Made by a program: the position numbers and the translations under genes. Of a stretch of DNA of 64,000 nucleotides, positions 10,801-19,533 are shown in pieces (positions within the stretch are counted from its first letter, which is position 1; the number at the start of each line of letters is the position of its first letter). The stretch is from an uncultured Armatimonadia bacterium. Its GTDB lineage: Bacteria > Armatimonadota > Zipacnadia > CAVVLO01. Location of the stretch: NCBI GenBank assembly GCA_963749155.1, contig CAVVLO010000001.1, forward strand, positions 96,001-160,000, in the 5' to 3' direction. The notes under the pieces are model-generated. The model did not search any database. It was not told the DNA's origin and saw nothing but the letters and a program-made list of their open reading frames with translations.

Positions 10801-11725
10801 TGGGCGTCCATACGGGGTCTGGGCATACAAGACCAGCCACGTGCCCGCCACCGACTATGACATCGCCAGCCTGCAAGCCAACACAACGGTGACAGTGGAT
10901 ATCGTGCTGCACCGAGTGACCCAGCAAACCAAGTCCATCGGCGCGGACGTGCTGACCTGGGCTATCTGTGAGTCCTACCCCGGCTTCTCGCTGGGCAGCG
11001 CCAGCAGTGACGGTTACGAGGTCAGCGCCTACTTCGGGAAGTTCAAGCCCTCCCTCGCACTGACTTATCACACCGAGCAGGGCTCCAATCTGGTGACTGT
11101 GGACAACTTCGTCCTCGGGCTGGTCGGTGACTCTTTCTGGGAGTCCAATGTCTCTTCCAACTGGAATCCCCTCGACCTGGTCAGTTCCGCTGTCGAGACA
11201 GCGAGCGATGCGGCCCTTGGATTTGTGTTCGGCGAAAAAGCTGGCAAGGTCGTCGCCCAGCTCGCCAAACTGGCAGGGCCACTCAACAGCATCTTCAACC
11301 TGGCGACGGGCGATGTCGACCCGAGTCAATTGAACGACGATAATGAGATAATCGGCACCTATACTACCCATACCGGTACCAAGCGCGAGGACAGCACCCT
11401 TATAGAACTGCCAAGCACCGAGGTGCCTATCGGGATGAGCTTCAAGGGCGGGCAGACCATCGTACGCTGCGACCGCATCGAGGTTACCGATGGCGACAAG
11501 ACGAAGACCTTCAACCGCCAGTGGTACTCCGACAGTGAGTGCCTCTACGCAGTGAACGAGACCTTCAATCTGGAGAATCTGGAAGTCCGTTGCTACCTCA
11601 GGGTGCTCAATCAGAATCTCTCCCCGGGTCCGCTCTACGCCAACTCGAAGAACTGGCTGGTGTGGAAGCCTGGCAAGACGCGCTCTTTGAAGTTCGAGGC
11701 CAACAATTACCCCTTCATCCCATAG
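7814..11725 (+). CDS. Large secreted multidomain protein copy 1 (putative beta-propeller, linker, CARDB-like and carboxypeptidase-regulatory-like Ig domains, unknown C-terminal domain)
   Basis: Signal peptide MRLLTLLLLLILGVPTLA; VDPGNEVPEANEDNN and VDPEGKLVDLAPDNN CARDB motifs; G.V.G.V....G.P..GV.V.L......TD..G.Y repeats. Confidence 0.75.
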   Translation: MRLLTLLLLLILGVPTLAAQSTVLEPVSPVDLRASYSTSSLAVPEVWADDAGHVVAAFPAKPVSASNTSPSTPYVACKSGSSWEVTELELPDVHSIGSTARLQLVGKWGDLYCFVKWGKKEYYYYTSTNGTSWSGPKVAATLYSSSDPGTARAGYVQDTPFFCCNQQGGANTKGQWFFWKQGSSFQGVRIAQRFVGSNYTLIDSAVDDRGRIYYVFVDGSSRATILSAPSLEAAKQTTSWKVLPSDINAMARDIWSTPHQGLALDPASQCLWLLSGSHAGEMQLTRLPFGATTKGASTSYTLGLPEGGTGFDYHGFVTNDRGAIGLLRSWSIRQDDVLRPHLTLYPISGSGVGTPLNLVRGGSDTESVTFRSSFGGVCGGVTPNGMAWMGAISEKLGEEPAGRRRLFLSKVTGWATNKQSPVTTAFGFGDAQQPDDARPPDTGPSDDTTPPDPVEPGVSGGDEGTPEVGTKPDFEISIRLGSARDVETEELQFNSLVRNVYVRVTNKGAQYFGDLPLKVFIGGTTAKFTFPDPSGHTMPLLKTGQSLSVNLLDIRFTPDGTAMEEPPAVIDCNTPGTHIVRVRTALGKYQISAFVDPGNEVPEANEDNNKDFLTFVLYDGREDTDRIPRTGESGYHYGANDVAIYDARILPNCSFSRFGLRQKPTTLALVVTNPRAARWMKQVEVVAKLDGQVLDTKTLPLVPDQPALSIAELPWSDLSGPPGEKTIRGEPVLFPLDLTTVALGQHTLEILVDPEGKLVDLAPDNNKVTLRFNVRPPGGTLTVKCQDSGNKQAISGATVRLENLWYMKTDSTGTATVEDFPPANYNDQTMSAEKLEPTRPYARKYAEPFSVKSQQTTNVTLELDGPVDIVGSITGPDGQKPVWGASVGFTGEYAKASYNRETGQYKITFAEPGANSIKVQAYGYLDKTVQGTYIADADGQAQQDIQLQEAPKGNVQGQVISYTGSPMAGVVVSLGGCPLWAETDSQGHYQINGAMAGRPYGVWAYKTSHVPATDYDIASLQANTTVTVDIVLHRVTQQTKSIGADVLTWAICESYPGFSLGSASSDGYEVSAYFGKFKPSLALTYHTEQGSNLVTVDNFVLGLVGDSFWESNVSSNWNPLDLVSSAVETASDAALGFVFGEKAGKVVAQLAKLAGPLNSIFNLATGDVDPSQLNDDNEIIGTYTTHTGTKREDSTLIELPSTEVPIGMSFKGGQTIVRCDRIEVTDGDKTKTFNRQWYSDSECLYAVNETFNLENLEVRCYLRVLNQNLSPGPLYANSKNWLVWKPGKTRSLKFEANNYPFIP

Positions 11726-11757
11726 GGAAGTGAAGCGCGCAAGGTTCTCTCGCCCTA

Positions 11758-11786
11758 TTGTTAGTTCGTAAAAACGGGGATACACT
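11758..11786 (+). promoter_or_regulatory. Putative sigma70 promoter of copy 2
   Basis: TTGTTA-N17-TACACT. Confidence 0.55.
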
Positions 11787-11850
11787 ACTAGAGGCACCGG
11801 TCGCCCGCGCAATGGGCAACTCAGCCCACCTTTCTCCTGGGGGAGTCGTC

Positions 11851-14800
11851 ATGCGTCTGCTTGCGATCCCGCTTCTGATAGTCTTCTGTGCCTGCGCCTT
11901 TGCTGCCCAAAGCACCCTCCTCGAGCCTGTCAGCACCAGTGATATGCATCCCCATACCGCTGTAGCAGGCGATCTCTGGACAGATGACGCGGGTCACGTG
12001 GTGGCTGCCTATTTCGGCAGGCCTGTACCTTCTACCAATATGACCCCATACCGGGCTTATGTAGCGGTGAAAAACGGTTCCTCCTGGAATCAGGTTGCGC
12101 TGCCTCCTATGACTGGTATCAATACTGGACCTGCGGCTCGCATCCAGCTCGTGGGGAAGTGGGGCGATCTCTACTGCTTCCTGGCCTACCAGGGCACAAA
12201 ACAACTCTACTACTACACTAGCAGCAATGGCGCTTCCTGGTCAGGCCCGAAGGAGGCTGCCACCTTCTCGGGTTCTGCCCATCCCAAGACCGCCGCTGCA
12301 GGCTATTCGGGCTCGACACCCTTCTTCTGCGCGATCGAATTAGGCGTCGAAAGTGTCCGTGGAGTATGGTTCTATTACAAGAGCGGAACAAGCTTTACGA
12401 AAGTCAAAGTCAGCGATGTCGTCAGCCCCAATATGTCGCCTACAGATCTCCAGGTTGATGAGCGAGGGCGTATCTATTATGCCTGGACGCGCATATCGGG
12501 CCAGTATCGCCCCCTCGTGGCTTGCGCTCCCAGCTTCGAAGCGGCCAAGCAGAGCGCGAATTGGCTCGTATTGCCTGCGGCAGGCGCGACAACGGGCACC
12601 AAATATTGGCCCGCCTATCTGAAAGATATGAAAATCGACCCCGCTCGGCAGTGTTTATGGGGTCTTTGCAGAGGCAGCAGTGGCCCTCTGCAGCTTGCAA
12701 GGCTCCCCTTTGGAGCTTTGGATAATTCCAGCTTGCGCGCCTGGACCTTGACCGTCCCAGAGGAAGGCCAAATCACCGGCGCGGACAGCCATTCGCTGGT
12801 GGCCAATGGAAAAGGTGATGTCGGCGTCCTGCTTAGCTGGTTTCACAAGGTCGGCACTTACAACGACTATCTGGTGACCTTCTATCCGACCTCTGCCGAG
12901 GGGATGGGCCAGCCTGTCACCTTGCAGAGGGGTGGCAGCCAGACCGAGGCTAATCTCTTCACCAGCAACTGGGACTGCCACCTGTGGACGCGTCGATAAT
13001 CAGGGCGTCGCCCACGTGATGGCGGTCTCTATCAAGAAGGGCGAAGTGCCCGAGGGACGCGAACGCTGCTTCTATTCGACAGTCTCAGGCTGGAGTCCAA
13101 ATCTCCACGCCCCAGAGCAGACCGCCTTTGGCACGACAGGAGGAAGTGCGGACGACCAGACCGCCACCGACGACACTACCGATGACACCACCACCACTGA
13201 CGACACTCCAGATGACACTGTCACTGCTGATACAGGCGGCGGGGGTGACACGACCCCCGAAGGCGGGGCCAAGCCGAATTTCAAGGTCGAACTCGCTATC
13301 GCAACCGCAATCACCGATAGCAAAGACCTGAACTTCGTTGACAACTCTATAAGGCTTGCTCTCTATGTCACCAATACGGGCGCCCAGTATTACGGCGACC
13401 TGGAAGTAAAGGCCTTCGTTGCGGGCACAACGCTCAAGTATGTCTTCCGCGATGAAAGCAGTCACCAGCAGCCTCTTTTCACGACAGGCCAGCGTAAATA
13501 TGCCGACCTGGCGACTGTGGCCTTCATCACCACTGGAGAAGTGCCCCCCCAGCCTCAGGTGGTTGACTGTAATGTGGGCGGCACCCGGAGAGTCCCACTG
13601 ACCCCGGCACTTGGCAAATATGTGCTCAGCGTTTTTGTGGACCCGGCCAACGCCGTGGACGAGTCCGATGAGGAGAACAACAAGGATTTCCTGAATCTGA
13701 CCTTCTATGATGGTAAAAACAAAGCCGACCAGCGCCCCAAGACAGCCACAGAGCCCTTCCATTACGGATTCAACGATGTCCGGGTGATGGGGGCCAAGGT
13801 GCTTACAAATTGTCAGTTCAGCCAGTTTGGGCTGAGGCAGAAGCCAACCCAGCTTGCGGTTGTAATTGAAAATCCCTGGGGCGCTCGCTGGATGAAGCAG
13901 GTAGAAGTCCAGGCGAAGCTGGATGGGCAGTTGCTGGGCACCCAGACGATAGAACTGGTGCCTGATGCCCTTACAATGAGTTACTCGGAGATCCCCTGGA
14001 GCAACCTGGGCTCTCCAGGAGAAAAGATAATCCGCGGCGCTCCGGTGCTCTTCCCACTGGATTTGACGAGTGTCGCCCTCGGTCAACACACAATCGAGGT
14101 CCTTGTCGACCCCGAGAACAAGCTGGGCGACTTGCTAACCTCGAATAACAAGTGGACTGCCCAGTTCAAGGTGCGAGCGCCCGGTGGCACTCTCAACGTG
14201 AAAGGCCTTGATAGTGGCAGCAAAGCGCCCATACCTGGTGTTGATGTGCGGCTCGAGGGGCTCTGGTATATGAAGACCAACGCCTCAGGCATCGCCACCG
14301 TCGAGGACTTCCCAGGCGCTAACTATGGGGAGAAGACGCTCTCGGCTGAGAAGCTAACTTCGGACAAGCCTTATGCCCGGAAATTCGCGCCTCCCTTCAG
14401 TGTCAGGACTCTGGAGACCACCAACATCACCATCGAACTGGACGGGCCAGTAGATATTTATGGCTCTGTCACTGGTCCGGACGGGCAAAAGCCGACTTAT
14501 GGCGCGGTTTTAGGATTCAGTGGCGAATGCGCCAAGACGAGTTACAACCAGCGAACAGGCCAGTATCAGATAACTTTTGCCGCGCCTGGGTCGAATACGG
14601 TCAGCGTGAACGCTTACGGTTATCTGGCAAAATCCGTAACTGATAATTTCCTTGCCGATGCTCAAGGCAAGCGGCGCCTGGATATCCAGTTGCAGGAAGC
14701 GCCCAAAGGCAACATCCACGGCAAGGTAACGGGAATGTCTGGCACAGCAATGGGAGGAGTCATTGTTACACTGGATGGCTCTCCCTTCTGGACCACAACC

Positions 14801-15763
14801 GATGCCCAGGGCAACTACCAGCTAACAGGAGTAATGGCAGGTCAAGGGTATGGGATTACCCCCTATGAGAAGGGCTATGTGCCAGCCACGAATTATGTGT
14901 TGCCCAGCCTGATTGCGAACACGACGGTGACGATGGATGTCGTGATGCACAAGGTAACCCAGCAGCTCAAATCTATTGGCGCCGACGTACTCACCTGGGC
15001 TATCTGTGAGTCGTATCCTGGTTTCGAGCTGGGTAGCGCCAGCAGTGATGGCTTCGAGGTCAAGGCTTATTATGGGCGGTTCAAGCCCTCTCTTGCCCTG
15101 ACCAGTCACACTGAGGAGGGCACCAACCTGGTCACCCTGGACAATTTCGTCCTGGGTGTATTGGGCAATTCCTTCTGGGAATCCAATGTCTCCTCTACCT
15201 GGAATCCCCTCGATCTGGTGAGTTCGGCAGTCGAGACGGCAACCGACACAGCTCTTGGATTGATTTTTGGCGAGGACGCGGGCGAAGTTGTGGCCCAGCT
15301 TGCTGAACTCGTCGATCCGCTCAACAGTGTCATCAACCTCGCGACAGGCGATATCGATCCAAGCCAGCTCCACGGAGATGACGAGATAATCGGCACCTAT
15401 ACCTCTCACACTGGCGACAAGGTCGAGGACACGACTTTGATTGAGTTGCCAAGCACCGAAGTAGACATCGGGATGAGCTTCGCAGGCGGGCAGACCATCG
15501 TCCGGGTAGATCGCATTGAGGTTACCGACGGCAACAAGACAAAGACCCTCAACCGTCAATGGTATTCGGACCAGGAGTGCGCCTACTGGATAGGTGACAC
15601 CTTCGATATGGATAATCTGGAGATCATCTGCTATATGCAGGTGCTGAATCAGGATCTCTCGCCTGGCCCGCTCTACGCCAACTCGAAGAACAGGCTCATC
15701 TGGAAGCCCTACAAGACCCACTGGCTGAGGTTCGAAGCTTTTCCATATCCCTTTATCCCATAG
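11851..15763 (+). CDS. Large secreted multidomain protein copy 2 (tandem paralog; +1 frameshift at about 12971)
   Basis: ORFs 11758-12999 and 12932-15763 are together colinear with copy 1. Removing one G from TGGG (12970-12973) gives FTSNWTATCGRV, which aligns to FRSSFGGVCGGV. Confidence 0.78.
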
Positions 15764-15819
15764 GGAAAAGAGCTGCGCAGGCGAATCTCTCTCTGGTACT
15801 CATCCAGGGAGGGAGCAGG

Positions 15820-16590
15820 ATGACAGCAATAGAGTTCAGCGCGCTCATCGAGGCGCATTTCGGCGGGTTGTCAGGGGAAGAAGGCCTGCAATATGGTGAT
15901 CCCGAGCAGCGGGTCACCGGCCTGGCGGCGGCGTGGTTCCCCACAGTTGCGGCTTTCCGCACAGCGGCCGAGGTCGGCGCCAGTCTGCTGCTTGTCCACG
16001 AAGAGCTTTTCTGCCCTTATGAGTTTCTTCCCCGGCCCGAAAACTGGCAGGACTGGGGCGTCAACCGCGCCCGCCGGGCCGCGCTGGACGAGTGCGGGGT
16101 CGGCTGCTATCGGCTACATTACACCGCCGATGTGCACGGTATACTGGACGACTTCCGCCTTGCGCTGGGCTTCCCCGAACCGGAGATAAGAGAAGGCTTG
16201 CAGCAGCTCTGCAGGCTGCCTGAGAGGCGTTTTGCGGAGTGGATCCCCGAACTCAAGCAGCGGCTGGGCCTCGGTCACGTGCGGGTCGCCGGCCCGCTGG
16301 ACAAGCCGGTCAGCCTGCTGGGCCTGGCCTGGGGCGGACTGGGGATATCTCTCAACGCCGGCTTCCTGAACCAGATGGTAGCCCTCGGCGCCGAGGGCAT
16401 CATCGCCGGCGAAGTGGACGAGTATGCCCTCCGGATGCTGGAAGACCTCGGCGTACCCGTCTTCGAGGCCGGCCATTGCATCAGCGAAGAGGCCGGCTTC
16501 CGCCGCTTCGCTACCGAACTGGCCGCCGACTTGTTCCCCGCCCTGCCCTTCACCTTTATCAAGCAAGGCAGAGGGTATGAGGTGGTCTAG
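15820..16590 (+). CDS. Nif3-like dinuclear metal centre protein
   Basis: EGLQYGDPEQRVTG, LLLVHE, RLHYTAD, IIAGE and AGHCISEE motifs. Confidence 0.82.
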   Translation: MTAIEFSALIEAHFGGLSGEEGLQYGDPEQRVTGLAAAWFPTVAAFRTAAEVGASLLLVHEELFCPYEFLPRPENWQDWGVNRARRAALDECGVGCYRLHYTADVHGILDDFRLALGFPEPEIREGLQQLCRLPERRFAEWIPELKQRLGLGHVRVAGPLDKPVSLLGLAWGGLGISLNAGFLNQMVALGAEGIIAGEVDEYALRMLEDLGVPVFEAGHCISEEAGFRRFATELAADLFPALPFTFIKQGRGYEVV

Positions 16591-17921
16591 TCTACGTCCC
16601 CTGGGCTGGCGAGCAAGGTCATAAAAGTAACCGCGAGCGCCAGGCTGACGAACAGCACCTGGTTGAGCTGGCCTGGCTTGCTTGGTATGGTAAGCGCGCC
16701 GGTCTCGGGACTTTGCTTGAGTTCTCCAATCAGGGTGATGGCAGTCTGCTCCCAGGCCTGGAATATCAGGGCAACCTTCGCCTGGGCTGGTGATTTACGT
16801 GAGAGCCACCAAAGGCCTGCCCCATCGGCGATGACTCCAAACCGCACTAGCTCTCGCACTGGCCAGGCGGCGTGTTCGGGCGTCATCTGCCAGCGCACAA
16901 GCTTGTCGGCGTTGAAGAAGGTCGGGCAGGTCCAGACCATTGTCCAGGGCCACAACTTGCCGCCGAAGACGCCCATCATCGGCAGCAGCATCCCAAGCAG
17001 CGGCGCGTCCACCCCCTGGGCAAGAGTAGGCTTGTCCTGCATCGCTCCCTCATAGCAGAGCATCCAAAGCCCGCGAGTGGCAAGCTCAGCGAACAGGGGC
17101 AGATTCTGGCTGAACTCCGGCTCGAAGCGATGTTCCAGCTTGCTGAAACCATACCCCATCACCCCGCCCGCGACCGTGCCGAAAGTGACCTCCATCGCCT
17201 TCCACCAGTCAACCCAGTCCTCGCCAGCGGGCCCGAAGGGTTTGCTCAGTCTGCCCCAGGCCTGCACTGATTGCCCAGCAGGGAAGCCAAGCCCCCCGGC
17301 GAGCATCCCCCAGGCGCCGAGTTTGGCCGCGTCCCTGTCGCCGCGCGCAAGGAGATAAGCTTCCAGTAACAGAAGGGCAGCCCAGAAGCCGCCCCAGGAC
17401 TCCGGCCGCGGTACGGGATCGGTCCGTTTGGAGAAGTAGATTGCAGGCAGTTTGTCTGGCGGTTTGTGCGGCCGGTTCAGCTGTTCAAGCCCGACCTGAT
17501 AGGCGCCGAACATCGCCAGCAGAAGCGCGCCAACTTCGAGGGCCGAGTATTTCTTCTTGCTGGCCGCCATCCCGAGGAAAGCCCCCGCCAGGCCAATCCA
17601 GACCGCGCCCTTGATTGCCAGGCCTGCATAACCGAGAGCGCGCTGGTCCTTGTATTCTTCCTCCAAAGTCAGCCCAATCGTCTGCCCATAGGTCATCTTG
17701 CCGCCGAAAGCCATCGCCGAGGAGCCGACCGCGCCCAGCCTGAGAGCAGCTTTTCGTACCTTGGGATTATCCGAAACCACCCCTAAGGCAAGGCCAAGCA
17801 GCGCCCCAGGGGCCATCGCGCCTCGCTGGTGACCGAACACCCCTCTGATGCCCCAGCCCAGTCCCATCGCGGCGGCGGGCAGAGCGACCTTAACCCATTT
17901 GGGCACTGCCATAACTCTCAC
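16587..17921 (-). CDS. Polytopic membrane protein of unknown function
   Basis: Many hydrophobic Gly-rich segments; GWGIRGxFGH and FGGKMTYGQT motifs; overlaps the stop of the upstream gene. Confidence 0.7.
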   Translation of the reverse strand: MRVMAVPKWVKVALPAAAMGLGWGIRGVFGHQRGAMAPGALLGLALGVVSDNPKVRKAALRLGAVGSSAMAFGGKMTYGQTIGLTLEEEYKDQRALGYAGLAIKGAVWIGLAGAFLGMAASKKKYSALEVGALLLAMFGAYQVGLEQLNRPHKPPDKLPAIYFSKRTDPVPRPESWGGFWAALLLLEAYLLARGDRDAAKLGAWGMLAGGLGFPAGQSVQAWGRLSKPFGPAGEDWVDWWKAMEVTFGTVAGGVMGYGFSKLEHRFEPEFSQNLPLFAELATRGLWMLCYEGAMQDKPTLAQGVDAPLLGMLLPMMGVFGGKLWPWTMVWTCPTFFNADKLVRWQMTPEHAAWPVRELVRFGVIADGAGLWWLSRKSPAQAKVALIFQAWEQTAITLIGELKQSPETGALTIPSKPGQLNQVLFVSLALAVTFMTLLASPGDVD

Positions 17922-19246
17922 TCCCCAGGTGGCGCTTCATCCCAGGCATCGAAGTTGTCCACGACGTTCTGCTCCAGCACAACCTGCCCTTTGGACTCGT
18001 TCAGCAGGCTCTCCCCATACCGGAACCTGTTGCCAGTGATGACGGCGCTCTGGACGCGCTCTGTCAGGTGGATCTGATACTTCTGATGGTCTCCGATGAA
18101 GTAAGGGGTCCGATTATGCACGCCAAACTCGCAGCCGATTACCGACACCGACGGGCAGTCGGCCAGCAATGCGGGGGAGAGATCGCCCTGGGTGTCCCAA
18201 AATTCGAAGGTGCAATCCATAAAGCTGATGCGGCCCATCCCATGAGCGCGGAAGAGCGAGCTTGTGCCAGGCATCGGCGAGAACCAGCACTGCGAAAACT
18301 TTATTGGCCCCTGGTTGGTCGGTTCGATGTCGATCCCCCAGCCCTTGAACACGCACTGGCTGGCCGTGATGCCGCTGGAGTTTTCGACGACCATATTGTA
18401 TTCGGACTCGTCTATCCCGCAACGGGTCAGCGCGATGTAGTTGGGCGGGCCGGTGCGTTTCTCGTTGCCGCCCTTGCCCTCGAGGAACCTGAAACCCACA
18501 TGCACTCCCAGGGCAAAGCAGTTCTCAAACCACACCCAGTCAGCCTTTCCGATTATGAAGGCCTCACAGTTGGCCATTTTCCACAGGTCCAGTTCTCCGT
18601 GGTAGGGGAAGAAGAAAGTGACATACTGCACGTTGCGCACGCGTCCGACATCCACCGAGCCGTCGATGTAGATGCCCCGGCGCAAGGCGCTGCCGTAGAT
18701 TCCATCTATGAAGAACCTGCCGCAGGGGTAAGTGCCGAAATCTATCATCTGCCAGGACCGCACGATGAGACAGTTGACCACCTGGCAGTCAGGCCCGCGC
18801 CCCTGAATCGTCCACGGATAGGCGAAGGGCGGCACGGTCGCGACGACCTGCTCGGGATAAGTAATAACGAGACCGCTGATGCAGCCGCCTCCCTCCAGCG
18901 TGATAAAGGGAGGGCCATCCTCGACCCCTTTGCCCTCGGTCGGAAGCAGCACAGAGCCGGTCTCGCGCCCAGGCGGAGCGTTCCAGGTACCGCGCAAGGT
19001 CACCCCCTGGGGGACGGTGACATGGCCACGGAAGAGATAATGACCACCAGGCACATAGACCTCGCTGCCCTTCTCTCTGGCCGCATCAAGTGCCGCCTGG
19101 AAAGCGGCGGTGTTGTCGGTAGCCTCAGCAGTGCCGTAATTGGCGATGGCTCCGAAGTCAAGGACGTTCAGCCTTGTTGGCGCCTCCTGCGCAAAAGCGG
19201 AAGCTCCCAGGCACACCATAACGAGTAAAACGAGGAAATAACGCAC
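17918..19246 (-). CDS. Secreted pectate-lyase-3/GH28-like beta-helix protein
   Basis: Signal peptide; NVLDFGA...DNTAAFQAALDAA...VYVPGGHY N-terminal motif. Confidence 0.82.
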   Translation of the reverse strand: MRYFLVLLVMVCLGASAFAQEAPTRLNVLDFGAIANYGTAEATDNTAAFQAALDAAREKGSEVYVPGGHYLFRGHVTVPQGVTLRGTWNAPPGRETGSVLLPTEGKGVEDGPPFITLEGGGCISGLVITYPEQVVATVPPFAYPWTIQGRGPDCQVVNCLIVRSWQMIDFGTYPCGRFFIDGIYGSALRRGIYIDGSVDVGRVRNVQYVTFFFPYHGELDLWKMANCEAFIIGKADWVWFENCFALGVHVGFRFLEGKGGNEKRTGPPNYIALTRCGIDESEYNMVVENSSGITASQCVFKGWGIDIEPTNQGPIKFSQCWFSPMPGTSSLFRAHGMGRISFMDCTFEFWDTQGDLSPALLADCPSVSVIGCEFGVHNRTPYFIGDHQKYQIHLTERVQSAVITGNRFRYGESLLNESKGQVVLEQNVVDNFDAWDEAPPGE

Positions 19247-19320
19247 ACCCTCACCCCTCCAACTGACCAGCTACATAACACTTAGCCAGCGGAGAGGAGA
19301 GTCCTGCGAGGGAGAAGGAA
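19215..19320. repeat. Imperfect direct repeat, copy A (5' end and upstream region of the beta-helix gene)
   Basis: Core ACCCTCACCCCTCCAACTGACCAGC is identical to the copy near 23349-23373; flanks are similar. Confidence 0.75.
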
Positions 19321-19533
19321 CCCTTTGTACGCGCCCGGCTTAGCAACTAGGCTTTTACGACTGGGCCTTCGACCTTTGAGAAGCATTGCAGGTATAACCC
19401 AAAGGCTGGCGAAGCCAGCATAACACTCTACGGATTTCAGGCTTATCTGGTCAGGCGCCCCGCCTGGAGCTAGAACGAAGACCGTCTTCCTTTGGTCCTG
19501 CTTGTTAATCGGACTACACCTGGAGGTCGTAAA

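Noticed and set aside
13150..13260. GACGACAC-type short repeats, and the ACT/ACC run near 21110-21135
   Set aside because: They encode Thr/Asp linkers; no CRISPR-like repeat-spacer periodicity and no contingency-locus signature
10766..15721. Long antisense ORFs (348, 334 and 299 aa) opposite the giant paralogs
   Set aside because: Antisense shadows of GC3-biased genes; their mutual similarity just mirrors the duplication
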